A DNA stretch of 64,000 bases. Origin: Candidatus Bathyarchaeota archaeon (GTDB lineage Archaea; Thermoproteota; Bathyarchaeia; Bathyarchaeales; Bathycorpusculaceae). Below are positions 20,292 to 30,288 of the stretch, one piece after another. The stretch is taken from the NCBI GenBank assembly GCA_963827165.1, contig CAWGZR010000005.1, forward strand, positions 512,001-576,000, written 5' to 3'. The translations under genes and the position numbers were made by a program. Position 1 is the first letter of the stretch. Every line of letters begins with the position of its first letter. Below the pieces are notes generated by a model. That model was given only the letters and a program-made list of their open reading frames with translations. It made no database searches and had not been told where the DNA came from.

Positions 20292-21542
20292 TTACGGCCA
20301 TAGTCCCAATGTTTTTATTGCGTTTGCGACTCTGCCGACTCCAAGCATCAACGCTCCAGTTCGCATGTCACTTTCTTCCCTCTCCGCTAAGGCAACGACG
20401 TCGTTGAAGGCTTTAGTCATTTTTTCTTCAAGCTTGTTGTTAACCGTTTCCAGCGTCCATTGCTCACGCGTCAGGTTTTGGACCCATTCAAAATAGCTAA
20501 CTGTTACGCCACCGCTGTTAGCGAGTATGTCGGGTATGAGGCAAATCCCTTTTTCGTAAAGAACTTTGTCCGCTTCAGGTGTAGTCGGTCCGTTTGCAGC
20601 TTCAGCCACCATTTTGGCCTTTATTTTGTCTGCGTTTTTGCAGGTAATTTGGTTTTCAAGTGCCGCTGGGATGAGCACATCGCAAGGCAACTCTAAAAGT
20701 TCCTCGTTGGTTATGTTTTTTGAATCTTTGAAGTTTTGAACTGACCCAGTTTTTTCTTTGTGGGCTAAAACTTCTGGGATGTTTAAGCCGTTTTGGGCGT
20801 AGATGCCTCCTGTGGAGTCGCTGACAGTTACTACTTTGGCGCCTACTTCTTGAGCTGCCGCAGCTGCGTGGTAGCCTACGTTGCCAAAGCCCTGAATTGC
20901 TATCGAGGCGTTTTTGAGTCTAATGCCATTGTTTTCTGAGGCTTGCTTGACGCAGTGGATTACGCCTCTACCGGTGGCTTCGGTTCTTCCCCATGAACCG
21001 CCAATTTCGATTGGTTTGCCGGTGGCGCTTTCTGGGATGCTGTAGCCTTTGAGTTGGCTGTATGTGTCCATCACCCAAGCCATTGTCTGTGCGTCAGTGT
21101 ACATGTCAGGCGCGGGGATGTCTCGGTGAGGACCCAAATACTCAGCGATTAAACTGACGTACCTTCTGGTTAACCGCTCAAGCTCGTGGCGGCTCATTTT
21201 TTTGGTGTCTACAACTACGCCGCCTTTTGCCCCGCCGAACGGAATGTTCGCGATGGCACATTTCCAAGTCATTAACATCGCCAAAGCCGTGACGTCGTCA
21301 ATGGTAACGTTTGGGCTGTAGCGGATTCCACCCTTGAATGGTCCGCGTGCATCCCAATGCTGGACTCGGACGCCGCTGAAGACCCCGACGACACCGTTGT
21401 CCATACGGATGTCGATGCTGACGCTTATGGACCGTTTCGGTAAACTTAGCATCCGACATATGCCTGGGTCTAACTCTAATTTTCTGGTTGCAAGTTTAAG
21501 TTGAGATAACGCTACGTTTAACGTTGCATGTTCTTCCGCCAT
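20292..21542 (-). CDS. gdhA: Glutamate dehydrogenase
   Basis: GPFKGGIRY, GGAKGG, PAPD, GFGNVG and NSGGVTVSYFEW motifs. Confidence 0.95.
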   Translation of the reverse strand: MAEEHATLNVALSQLKLATRKLELDPGICRMLSLPKRSISVSIDIRMDNGVVGVFSGVRVQHWDARGPFKGGIRYSPNVTIDDVTALAMLMTWKCAIANIPFGGAKGGVVVDTKKMSRHELERLTRRYVSLIAEYLGPHRDIPAPDMYTDAQTMAWVMDTYSQLKGYSIPESATGKPIEIGGSWGRTEATGRGVIHCVKQASENNGIRLKNASIAIQGFGNVGYHAAAAAQEVGAKVVTVSDSTGGIYAQNGLNIPEVLAHKEKTGSVQNFKDSKNITNEELLELPCDVLIPAALENQITCKNADKIKAKMVAEAANGPTTPEADKVLYEKGICLIPDILANSGGVTVSYFEWVQNLTREQWTLETVNNKLEEKMTKAFNDVVALAEREESDMRTGALMLGVGRVANAIKTLGLWP

Positions 21543-21720
21543 AAAATCTCGCCTTGTACAAGAATTGTTAATCGGGAATGGCTAGTTAAAATTTGCCTTC
21601 GCGTTTTTTTGTGGGTTTGGTTGATGCTTTTGTATACCGTTTTCTGTTGCGCGGCTGGAATTTTTCTTTGTGTTTTGGGTTGCTTTTTTAGTTTGGGGCT
21701 TGATTTAGCTGTAGGTTGCA

Positions 21721-21790
21721 TACAGAAAAGTATAGACAAGAAGAGAAAAGAACAGAAACGTATGAAAAAGTATGGAAACGTAAAGGAAAG
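21721..21790. repeat. Degenerate 10-bp tandem repeat, 7 units
   Basis: TACAGAAAAG TATAGACAAG AAGAGAAAAG AACAGAAACG TATGAAAAAG TATGGAAACG TAAAGGAAAG. Confidence 0.6.
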
Positions 21791-21811
21791 AATAAAAAAA
21801 TGTGTCAACCG

Positions 21812-22102
21812 CTATGATGATTCTTTTCCGAAGATTTCCAGGAAACCCTTCATTTTCCAGTAGGTATCCAAGAATTCCAAGCCGCGTGGCGTCGCAAAAT
21901 AAAGGGATTGATCCTCTGCAGTGAGTTTTCGGGTCAACCCGTAACTGCTAAGATCCTCCAAAATCTTCCGCAAGCGGTCAACGGGGACGCCTACTCCATA
22001 GGAGACACGGGTGATTTTGCCGCCTTCAGGGTAACGAATGAGAACCTCAAGCACTTGCGCGTACAGGTCTGTTCTTGAACGCTTCGTTTCTCGGTCTCTC
22101 AT
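21812..22102 (-). CDS. Winged helix-turn-helix transcriptional regulator
   Basis: KRSRTDLYAQVLE, ITRVSYGVGV and wing Y..TPRGLEFL, typical of small archaeal wHTH proteins. Confidence 0.8.
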   Translation of the reverse strand: MRDRETKRSRTDLYAQVLEVLIRYPEGGKITRVSYGVGVPVDRLRKILEDLSSYGLTRKLTAEDQSLYFATPRGLEFLDTYWKMKGFLEIFGKESS

Positions 22103-22127
22103 GGCTTTTGCATCTCCAGAACAACAG

Positions 22128-23435
22128 TTAAAATGGTGGGTTCGGAAGAGTTTCTACCTTTTTAGGTGCTTCGCTCACAGCTGCTCCAAAATCCATCTTA
22201 AGGTCGCCTGTATAAGTTACTTGTTCTGCAGCTGAACCCTGCTCCAGCTTTACCGTATCAGCGAATATCCGTCCAACTCTGCACATCGGGCCAATAACTG
22301 CTTCAGCCGCGTATATGTCATCGACTCTAGCAACTGCTCCTGCAGCAGCCCACTTCGCCGCCCAATTAGCTCCCCAACCGCCATAGCTTAAATCTGCGCT
22401 TTTGCCAACTTCAACACGTTCGCCGATCAATAATCCCTCAAATCGGCTGCCATTGCGGACAGTAACCACCTTGGCTTTCAGCCCCTGCTTAGCTTGGGTT
22501 TTGCCGCTGATATCCGCCACTTCTTTGACCAATATTCTGTTTGCTTCAAGCCTTCCGCCAATGTGCAGATTTGTACTTTCAAAATTGCCTGATATTTCAA
22601 CTACTCCGTAGCCCTCAAGACTATCAGAAACAAACAGTGAACCACTCACCTCAAATTTTCCGCCGACCTCAACTTTTTGTGCGTGACAATCGCCGCGTAT
22701 TTCAATAACTCCACCCGCTTCAATGATGGCACAGTTTATGCTTCCATCAACCTCAAGCTTTCCAAAAGTTGAAATCTTCCGCCCTTTGCATCCAGCAGGC
22801 AGCGAGCCTTTGCCATATACTAATAGTTCCCCGAATTCAAGTGGTAACTTGCTGAGAAATTTTCCGCCGACTCGAATGTTGCCTGTTATGGATCCACCGC
22901 CAACTTCAACTTCTCCACCCACATTAAGATCGCCTAATTTTACTGTTCCAGGTGCAACTACCTTACCGCCGACGTCAACACTTGAAGCTTCAAACATGTT
23001 TTGGATGTCTGCACGTCCGCCAACGCGGATTCTTTCGCATTTGATGGCGCCAGCTTCTATTTTTCCACCCACATCAATGTTTTCTGCGGTGATTGCGCCC
23101 GTGACCTCCACTGAGTGGCTTACGTTGAGTTGTTTATGAACTGCCAAGTTGCCAGTCATCTCCAGTTTTCCTACGTATCTAGCTGTTAGTTCAAGTCGCG
23201 CCCTGTTGGATTGCGAACTTACTTCTTTTGTTTTTGAAAAAAACATTTTGGATTCTAATGAATCGCATTCGAGGTCACAGTTCACGTATGCTTTGCCTTC
23301 AAGATAGACGCTTCCGGTTACTACGACGTTTTTGCCATTGCTGGCTTGAATTGTTGCGTTGTTGCCGACTCTGAGTTCACCGTCGACTCTGTCGAGAGTT
23401 GCGGTTTGTCCGCGTGGGATATGTAAATCTGACAT
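22128..23435 (-). CDS. Long bactofilin-like (polymer-forming) beta-helical repeat protein
   Basis: Iterated (I/V)xVGG and VxGxI repeats over about 400 aa, with no signal peptide or TM helix. Confidence 0.65.
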   Translation of the reverse strand: MSDLHIPRGQTATLDRVDGELRVGNNATIQASNGKNVVVTGSVYLEGKAYVNCDLECDSLESKMFFSKTKEVSSQSNRARLELTARYVGKLEMTGNLAVHKQLNVSHSVEVTGAITAENIDVGGKIEAGAIKCERIRVGGRADIQNMFEASSVDVGGKVVAPGTVKLGDLNVGGEVEVGGGSITGNIRVGGKFLSKLPLEFGELLVYGKGSLPAGCKGRKISTFGKLEVDGSINCAIIEAGGVIEIRGDCHAQKVEVGGKFEVSGSLFVSDSLEGYGVVEISGNFESTNLHIGGRLEANRILVKEVADISGKTQAKQGLKAKVVTVRNGSRFEGLLIGERVEVGKSADLSYGGWGANWAAKWAAAGAVARVDDIYAAEAVIGPMCRVGRIFADTVKLEQGSAAEQVTYTGDLKMDFGAAVSEAPKKVETLPNPPF

Positions 23436-23508
23436 GGTTTCTAGTTCATCGCCTTTGCTTTTAAGGGTAATTCACTTTGCGTTTCTACCACTCACACCTT
23501 ATCTCCTT

Positions 23509-24369
23509 TTATTCTGCCTTCAAAGCTTTTTGAGCAATAAAGTATCCAATCGCTGCAAGTGCAACTGTGAAGACAACTAAGTATATCATGTTTCCAGCTA
23601 ACGTGGAGATTTGTCCTGCGGTGAAATTGCCGTTCACTATGAGTAATCTGCAAGTTTCGACGGCTTTCGTTATTGGATTAACTTCTGCGATGCGTTTGAG
23701 CCACGATGGGAATGTTGCTAGCGGAAACATTGAGCTGCTCATGAATACCAACGGGAACGCGAGGAAGTTAATTATGGCGACAAGCGAATCAACCTGTTTT
23801 ACTGAGAAGGCGACTGCTGTAAATAGGCAGCCGAAGGCAAATGTCACGAGCCCCAGCGCAGCAAAAATGCCCAACAAGTTCAAGACGCCAAAACCTGCTC
23901 CTACCCGCAAACCGTTTGGAAGCACTACTGCAACGATAAATGTCAAGACTGCTATGAACATTGCTTTAACAAAGTTTTGTAAAGTTCCCGAGAAGAATAT
24001 CGAAGCTCTTGAAATTGGTGCACTCAGCAAAGAATTGAGATAACCCAGTTGCCTATCGAGAACTATGTCGATGCCACCATAAGCCATGTTGATTATCACG
24101 ATTAATGCAATTATTCCCGCCGTTAGGAAAGTTATGTAGTTTGCTGCTCCGCCAAAAGCCGAGCTCATAGCCGATTTGATCTGTACAATCAGAGCAGGCG
24201 ACAGAGCAGTCCCTCCGATACTTGTCGGAACAAGGTTGACCGGGTTAAATGAGCTACCGAAAAGCGCCAACCAAAATACTGACATGAATAGTCCGGGCAT
24301 GATGGCGGCGGGGTTGCGAATCCACTTCTTGAGTGACCTGGCTGTCAGAGCTAAAGTGTCGGCGAACAT
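23509..24369 (-). CDS. ABC-2 type exporter permease
   Basis: About 6 TM helices, with DRQLGYL..LL.APISR and NPIT motifs. Confidence 0.9.
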   Translation of the reverse strand: MFADTLALTARSLKKWIRNPAAIMPGLFMSVFWLALFGSSFNPVNLVPTSIGGTALSPALIVQIKSAMSSAFGGAANYITFLTAGIIALIVIINMAYGGIDIVLDRQLGYLNSLLSAPISRASIFFSGTLQNFVKAMFIAVLTFIVAVVLPNGLRVGAGFGVLNLLGIFAALGLVTFAFGCLFTAVAFSVKQVDSLVAIINFLAFPLVFMSSSMFPLATFPSWLKRIAEVNPITKAVETCRLLIVNGNFTAGQISTLAGNMIYLVVFTVALAAIGYFIAQKALKAE

Positions 24370-25371
24370 TTACTTCATCCTCTCGATAAGGACTCGCTGG
24401 CCATAGGAATCCCCGTTTGCTGCCCCGTCACGCATTGTGTTGCCTGTGATTTGCAGGAAAACTTGATCAAGTGTCGGTTTAGTCAAGGTTATGTCGGAAA
24501 TCTTGAGTCCACTATTAGTAACTGCCTCCACTATTGTCGGAAGAGCATCGGTTCTTCCCAGTTTAATCCTGTAAGTTCCACCTTCCTTTTCAACATCAGT
24601 TACGTCTTGGATCATGCGAAGCGTGGATGATATATCGGTTCCATCGGTAAGTTGAAGTATTAATATGGTGCCGCCGAGTTTGTTCTTCAGTTCCGATGGG
24701 TTGCCCGACACTTTGATAACGCCCGTGTCGATTATTGCGATTCTGTCGCACAACGAGTCGGCTTCTTCCAGGTAATGTGTCGTCATAAATATGGTTATGC
24801 CATTTTCACGGTTAAGTTGCCGGATGTAAGCCCACATTTTCTGCCTTGTCTGAATATCCAACCCAAGCGTCGGTTCGTCCAAAAACAGGATTTTCGGCTC
24901 ATGAATAAGGCCCATCGCCAACTGCAACCGTCTACGCATTCCGCCCGAGTAAGTTTTAACCTGCCTTTGCGCGGCGCTTTCAAGTTCCAGAAGCTTCAGC
25001 AAATCTTGAGCCTTCCGACGGGCTGTGTCATTTGGGACATGGTGAAGTTTGGCTGAGAGCCGCAGGTTTTCTATGCCTTTGAGTTCGTCGTCTGCTGTGA
25101 GTTCCTGCGGTACGATGCCTATGATTTTGCGGACTGATGCTGCTTTACTATTTATGTCATATCCAGCTACGGTTGCTTTCCCTGAAGTTATTGTTGCTAA
25201 GGTTGTAAGCATCTTGATGGTTGTTGTTTTTCCAGCGCCGTTAGGACCCAGAAAACCGAACAGTTCTCCTTCTTCCACCGAAAAAGAAATGTTATCAACA
25301 GCCTTGACTGATTTTTTATAGATTTTGGTGAGGCCTTCAGCCTCGATTATTTTATTTTTCATTCGATTCAC
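24370..25371 (-). CDS. ABC exporter ATP-binding protein (DrrA-like)
   Basis: GPNGAGKTT, YSGGMRRR, LFLDEPT and TTHYLEEAD motifs. Confidence 0.93.
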   Translation of the reverse strand: MNRMKNKIIEAEGLTKIYKKSVKAVDNISFSVEEGELFGFLGPNGAGKTTTIKMLTTLATITSGKATVAGYDINSKAASVRKIIGIVPQELTADDELKGIENLRLSAKLHHVPNDTARRKAQDLLKLLELESAAQRQVKTYSGGMRRRLQLAMGLIHEPKILFLDEPTLGLDIQTRQKMWAYIRQLNRENGITIFMTTHYLEEADSLCDRIAIIDTGVIKVSGNPSELKNKLGGTILILQLTDGTDISSTLRMIQDVTDVEKEGGTYRIKLGRTDALPTIVEAVTNSGLKISDITLTKPTLDQVFLQITGNTMRDGAANGDSYGQRVLIERMK

Positions 25372-25437
25372 TTCTTTGTTGGTAGATCGTGGAATCTCAA
25401 TAAATAGTCAGTTCACAACTGGTAAACACAAAAAGTG

Positions 25438-25452
25438 CTCACAATATGTGAG
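25438..25452. promoter_or_regulatory. Palindromic candidate operator CTCACA-ATA-TGTGAG
   Basis: Perfect 6-bp inverted repeat about 30 nt upstream of a minus-strand TATA-like element (about 25398-25406) of the ABC operon. Confidence 0.4.
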
Positions 25453-25634
25453 TATCGCGTAGGTTGAGCGAATCTTTTGAGAAAAGGCGCTTTCAAAAAT
25501 AGAAATTTCGGCATTGCCCTAATGACTACGGTAATGTGAAACCTAAAATCGATTAATTAGTAAAGCCGAACACGTTAAACCATTCTGACCCCTGGCAGTG
25601 AACTTCACGTGGTCCGCTTGCAAAAGCGGCTATA

Positions 25635-25979
25635 TCAAAATTTTTCTAGGGATTCTCCCAATTGTTTTCTGGTCCTCAGACAGTGTGGACAGACGCAGCT
25701 GAGGGGAAGGTTTTTGGTTGCGCATAAGTCGAGATATTTGCAGTCGGCGCACGGGAATTCTTTGCCACATCGGATGCAGCTTTGAAGAAAAACCACTTCC
25801 GTACCCAATATGCCCGCGAGCGTGTCAATGAGTTTCTCTATGTTGTTGCAGTCCTTTATGGAGAAAAGCCCTCGTTCCCGATTGTAGTCTAGCCCCAGAT
25901 TCATTAAGGTGACAAATTTGTCTCTGTCCACTCTTGGAAGCTTGAACCCCTTTGGATTTAAAACAGTCGTCATAAACAA
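25635..25979 (-). CDS. Hypothetical protein with Cys-rich C-terminus
   Basis: CxxC...CxxC...C...CxCxxC, co-oriented 8 nt after rfcL. Confidence 0.7.
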   Translation of the reverse strand: MFMTTVLNPKGFKLPRVDRDKFVTLMNLGLDYNRERGLFSIKDCNNIEKLIDTLAGILGTEVVFLQSCIRCGKEFPCADCKYLDLCATKNLPLSCVCPHCLRTRKQLGESLEKF

Positions 25980-25987
25980 GTCTCCAA

Positions 25988-27250
25988 TTAGTACTTGTTC
26001 ATTTTGGCGAGAAAATCTACTTCTTCAGGCGTGAACTTGAACCATTCGGCGAGCGCGCTTGATTTTTGTTGTTGAAGCAATGTTTTGATGTAGGGAACGA
26101 AGTCGTGTTTAGCTTTCGAGTGGGAAACGTGGCATTGAGCTCCTATTTTGGCGCAAATGGCGTCAAGCATTGATCTTTTGCCTTTGGTCCAAAACAAAGT
26201 GATGATGCGTATAGGCGGCGTGATCAATTCAAATGCCTGGTACGACTCAGGCGCGACTGAAGCCGCTTGAGCCATGGAATTGTAGAAATACCTTAGAAGA
26301 TGCCAATTTTCTGTGCCGACCCGTCCCCGGTAAACGTCGGCTTGCGAGACGAAATTGTAGGCTGCGGCAAGCTCATCTGGGTTTCTGTAACGTTTGGGGA
26401 GGTTGTCGCTTACCGACATCAAAAACTCGTCATAATCGACATTTGAGCGGAAAAGGAGGTCAGAGGCTTCGGAAAGGGCTTTTGCTGAAAAGAACCCTCG
26501 AAGTGTTTCGTCCATGCTGATGTCTCTGTTTCTTGAGCTAAGTGCCATGGTGTCCTGAAGGGTTAAAACATGGTTTTCTTCGCTGAGGCTTTGCAAATCG
26601 TTTATAGCTGATCGTACGTCGCCCCTGCTGTTTTGGGCTATGTGCTCTAGCGCTTCAAAATCCGCTTTTACATGTTCAAGCAGACAGATCTTCTGAAGTA
26701 GAGTGATAAGGAGAGGTATTCTTATTTGTTGAAAGCGTATTAGAAAGCAAACTTTTTTGAGCGGTCTGAGTTTGTCGACTTCTGGGTCGTTTGCCGCCAT
26801 GATGACTGGTACTTGGGATTTCTCAACGATTTCTATTATGGCGCTGACTCCGCCTCTGTCTTCGTTTCCTGCTATGCCGTCGACCTCGTCGAGGAATAAA
26901 ATATTGCCTTTGCACTGTGTTGACTTTGAGAAGGAGTCTAAGGCGACGTAGGATGTGGCGGGTTTTGCGACGGCGTTGATGGCTTTTTCTGACCGAGTGT
27001 CGCTGGCGTTCATCTCAATTATTGTGAACCCGAACTCTCTAGCAGCCGCATTAACCATTGCTGTTTTCCCGACTCCAGGCGGCCCATAAAGAAGGACGGC
27101 TTTCTTTTTGCTTCTGCTTTTGCCTTTTAGCCAGTCGATGAACGCAGCTTTCGCTTCTTCATTGCCCACTATATCCTCTATTTTTTGAGGACGGTATTTT
27201 TCTACCCATAAAATGTCATTTTTCATAGGTTTCCATGATGCCTCTGCCAA
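25988..27250 (-). CDS. rfcL: Replication factor C large subunit
   Basis: WVEKYRP, GPPGVGKT, EMNASD.R, LDEVDG and GDVRSAINDLQ motifs. Confidence 0.93.
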   Translation of the reverse strand: MAEASWKPMKNDILWVEKYRPQKIEDIVGNEEAKAAFIDWLKGKSRSKKKAVLLYGPPGVGKTAMVNAAAREFGFTIIEMNASDTRSEKAINAVAKPATSYVALDSFSKSTQCKGNILFLDEVDGIAGNEDRGGVSAIIEIVEKSQVPVIMAANDPEVDKLRPLKKVCFLIRFQQIRIPLLITLLQKICLLEHVKADFEALEHIAQNSRGDVRSAINDLQSLSEENHVLTLQDTMALSSRNRDISMDETLRGFFSAKALSEASDLLFRSNVDYDEFLMSVSDNLPKRYRNPDELAAAYNFVSQADVYRGRVGTENWHLLRYFYNSMAQAASVAPESYQAFELITPPIRIITLFWTKGKRSMLDAICAKIGAQCHVSHSKAKHDFVPYIKTLLQQQKSSALAEWFKFTPEEVDFLAKMNKY

Positions 27251-28220
27251 ATTTGGCGAATTGCGCTAGCAGTGCGCTCAGCTGTATGTCGCTGTTGGCG
27301 CCTTGGGTAAGGCGGTAATCATACTCGCCAATTATGTTTGAGATTTCTGCTTTCTGCTCAGGAGTCAAATCTGACATTTTGAAAATTTCCCTTAGTACCT
27401 GCTTTATTATTTCTGAGCCCGAGAACCCGTAGGAACCCATTATTTCATACATTTTCTTTCTCGCTTCCATGAAGTCGCCGAACAAGGCTTTTCTAATCAT
27501 CTGCTGAACTTGCGCTGGGCTAGCTTCTCCTGTCACCAACGACACGGTTTTCTCATCTACCACTCCCTCCCTGTAGGAAGCTGCCGTCTGCAACGTGTTA
27601 ATCGCGTGCCTAAGGTCGCCTTCTGAGAAATCCACTATTCTTTCAGCTGCTTCCGCCGACAGGTCAACTTTTTCTCTTTTAGCTATGCACAGAAGTTGTT
27701 CTTTCATCGCTCGCTTATCAAGCCTTGAAAAACGGAAGATTGCGCACCGGCTCTGTATGGGCTCGATTATTTTGCTTGATTGGTTGCAGATGAGAATGAA
27801 CCTTGATGTGCGCGAACCCGTCTCCATTATTCTTCTAAGAGCGGTTTGGGCTGGACCTGTCATCTGGTCGCACTCGTCCAGGATGATTAAGGAGAAGGGC
27901 ACGTTTTCGAACCCTGAGCGGCTGTAGCGTGAGAAATCCTTTATTCTTTCTCGAACTGTGTCGATGCCTCTTTCATCAGATGCGTTAAGCTCAAGGGTGA
28001 AGCTTTTCCAATTAGGTCCGAAAAGTTCGTGTGCGATACAGATAGCAAGGGTGGTTTTGCCTGTGCCTGGTATGCCTGCGAACATTAGGTGGGGCATGGT
28101 TTTGGGATTTTTCATGAAAGCTTTGAGGCTCTCAACTATGTCGCGTAAGTCCACGACTTCGTTGAGGTTTTTCGGTCGGTACTTTTCGACCCACATCAAT
28201 GCTTCTTCGTTAGTTGCCAT
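27216..28220 (-). CDS. rfcS: Replication factor C small subunit
   Basis: WVEKYRP, GTGKTT, ELNASDERG and the SRC motif (IQSRC). Confidence 0.95.
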   Translation of the reverse strand: MATNEEALMWVEKYRPKNLNEVVDLRDIVESLKAFMKNPKTMPHLMFAGIPGTGKTTLAICIAHELFGPNWKSFTLELNASDERGIDTVRERIKDFSRYSRSGFENVPFSLIILDECDQMTGPAQTALRRIMETGSRTSRFILICNQSSKIIEPIQSRCAIFRFSRLDKRAMKEQLLCIAKREKVDLSAEAAERIVDFSEGDLRHAINTLQTAASYREGVVDEKTVSLVTGEASPAQVQQMIRKALFGDFMEARKKMYEIMGSYGFSGSEIIKQVLREIFKMSDLTPEQKAEISNIIGEYDYRLTQGANSDIQLSALLAQFAKFGRGIMETYEK

Positions 28221-28329
28221 TAAGTGAACACCTTTCACAGTAAATTATAACAATAAGAGGTTAGGAGTTACCCATTTAAGTTTTCCCCAGTCGCTCCCAC
28301 TTTGTCGGGCAAGGACATTTGAGTCTAAG

Positions 28330-28689
28330 TTAGCCGATTTTGCTGCCTTCGGCCATATCTTTCTCGGGCATGAGCACCGAAACGTGATCTTCACTATCTC
28401 CAGCAGCCAAAATCATGCATTGCGATTCAACGCCCGCTAACATCCTCCTCTGCAAGTTTAAGAGGAAAACGCATTTTTTGCCGACCAATTCTTCAGGCGC
28501 ATAATACTTTAACAGCCCTGCGACAGCCTGCCTTTTTTCTGTCCCGAAGTCGACGATAATTTTGATGAGTTTTTTTGAGTTAGGAATAGGCAACGCTTCA
28601 ATTACTTTTCCTATTCGCAGGTCAAGTTTCTGGAATTCGGCAAACGATACTTCTTCAGTCAAATGGGTCACACACAAACGATAGTTCAC
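28330..28689 (-). CDS. Stand-alone tRNA-binding OB-fold protein (MetRS C-terminal/Trbp111/CsaA-like)
   Basis: F.KLDLRIGKV, DFG...RQ.VAGL and NL..R..GVESQ.M motifs. The start may be TTG 28662. Confidence 0.88.
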   Translation of the reverse strand: MNYRLCVTHLTEEVSFAEFQKLDLRIGKVIEALPIPNSKKLIKIIVDFGTEKRQAVAGLLKYYAPEELVGKKCVFLLNLQRRMLAGVESQCMILAAGDSEDHVSVLMPEKDMAEGSKIG

Positions 28690-29375
28690 TTTTCAGCGAT
28701 ATTTACTTTACTTTCAGAAATCAACCTGTTTCTCTCTATCGTCGCTAACTTGTGAGCTTGCAGGGTCGGCGCTGGAACTCGCATTTTGGATGTATGCATA
28801 ACGATCTTGATGGCTGATTCAAGGGAAATCATGTTTCCGACGCTGACAAAAATCGGTTTTGAACCTTGCTTCGTGCATACGACTGCCCCGACAACTTCGT
28901 TTTTGTCAACCAAAAATGTTTGACCCTCCCGCTCCACTGAGTCACCTATTAAGCGGCTTTTCGCCGCGCCAATCGTTGGTTTCCCCATAGCGAGTCCAAG
29001 GTGGCTGGCGAATCCACACCTGAACGGGTGAGCCCAGCCCTGCGCGTCGACTATAAAGACGTCGGGTTGAATCTTCAGTTTCTTAATAGCTGCGATCGCA
29101 GGTGGGATTTCTCTGAAGGCAAGCAACGTTGGGATGTAGGGCATTTTCACTGGGCATGTTGCAACTTGGGATTCCAAAAGGCTCAGCGATTGGTAATCCA
29201 AAACCGCTACAGCTCCAACGCCAACTCCGCCAACATATGAAACGTCTATGCCCGCGACCGTTTTGATTTGTTCTGGCAACTTGTCTTCCAGAATTATTTT
29301 TTTTGATAGGCAAACCTGGATTTTGCGAGCTTTTTTCACTGAGAAATTCTTCGTTAGCTTGTGTGGCTGACTCAA
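28686..29375 (-). CDS. nfi: Endonuclease V
   Basis: GIDVSY, PYIPTLLAFRE, D.QG.AHP...G.ASHLG and KS motifs. Confidence 0.92.
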   Translation of the reverse strand: MSQPHKLTKNFSVKKARKIQVCLSKKIILEDKLPEQIKTVAGIDVSYVGGVGVGAVAVLDYQSLSLLESQVATCPVKMPYIPTLLAFREIPPAIAAIKKLKIQPDVFIVDAQGWAHPFRCGFASHLGLAMGKPTIGAAKSRLIGDSVEREGQTFLVDKNEVVGAVVCTKQGSKPIFVSVGNMISLESAIKIVMHTSKMRVPAPTLQAHKLATIERNRLISESKVNIAEK

Positions 29376-30043
29376 ACTTTAGCCTTTCGCGGTTGGCGTT
29401 TGGCTGATGGTTTAGATGGCTCAAACTTCCTCAGGTAATCTTCAAGAGATTTTCTGCGAACTTCAACGGTTATGTCGCCGCGTGTGGTTTCGATTATTCT
29501 TCGAGCAATGTCGGACTTATGCCGAAGTCCTGGAACAAGCATGTACGCTTCATCTAAAGCAAGAAGTTGAATGAAGACTTGGTCCATGATTTGGAGGCAT
29601 TCTTCGCCTTTTCTGACTTCGCCCTCACGCAAGTTATCAAGGGCTAAACGCCTGTACTCACCAATTACATCTGCTAATCCAAGCACATAATCGGTTGAGG
29701 GCACGTTGATTTCAGCTGGAGTAACGAAACGGGACTCCTTAAGCAACGCAAAAAAGATTCGTGCTTCCGAATACTCCTGAAGCGCCGCGCTAAACATGCC
29801 GCCGTAGATGATTTCTGGACAATCTTCTGATAAGCGCTGGAGGTTAGAGATTTTCTCTTTCGCCTCGGCGATGAGTTTTTCAGCTTCCTCATATTTTTTC
29901 TGGTGGATTAGAAGTATAGCTTGTTTGGAGAGGCTCGTTGCTTTGCGCATGCTTTCATGGGTTTCTTCGCGGATCTTATTTTTCTGCATGAGCTCGTTTT
30001 TTACTTCTTGGAGAATACTTTCCAGATTGGACAAGGGCATCAT
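29372..30043 (-). CDS. Translin/Trax-family protein
   Basis: QEYSEA and DYVLGLADVIGEYRR motifs, and LRHKSD. Likely start is ATG 30043 or 30040. Confidence 0.88.
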   Translation of the reverse strand: MMPLSNLESILQEVKNELMQKNKIREETHESMRKATSLSKQAILLIHQKKYEEAEKLIAEAKEKISNLQRLSEDCPEIIYGGMFSAALQEYSEARIFFALLKESRFVTPAEINVPSTDYVLGLADVIGEYRRLALDNLREGEVRKGEECLQIMDQVFIQLLALDEAYMLVPGLRHKSDIARRIIETTRGDITVEVRRKSLEDYLRKFEPSKPSAKRQPRKAKV

Positions 30044-30105
30044 CAGAATATCTTGAATTGTTTCGAGGTTTATTTCAATTTCTTTAAAGAACGCTGGCGT
30101 GGCGC

Positions 30106-30288
30106 TTAAGCGTCTGGCCATTTCTCAATTAACACTTTGGTATCCCCTAAAGCGAAGCTTACTTTGACAAATCTTGAATCGGTTATTTTGAATGGGGACA
30201 TGCTGTCTTCCGCTAGGTCTTTAGGCAGATAAACCATGTATTTGCCATCCTTTCTCCGGAACAGGCGTTCCTTTCCTTCACTAACCAT
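30106..30288 (-). CDS. Small hypothetical protein, possibly AbrB-like swapped-hairpin
   Basis: 60 aa, with a KYMVYLPKDLA...VLIEKW pattern. Confidence 0.55.
   Translation of the reverse strand: MVSEGKERLFRRKDGKYMVYLPKDLAEDSMSPFKITDSRFVKVSFALGDTKVLIEKWPDA

Noticed and set aside
21518-21863. ORFs 21518-21808 (-) and 21528-21863 (+)
   Set aside because: They are low-complexity translations of a T-rich/A-rich spacer.
25614-25629. GNRA hairpin CCGCTT-GCAA-AAGCGG
   Set aside because: It is an isolated 6-bp stem at a gene end, which is not enough to call an ncRNA.
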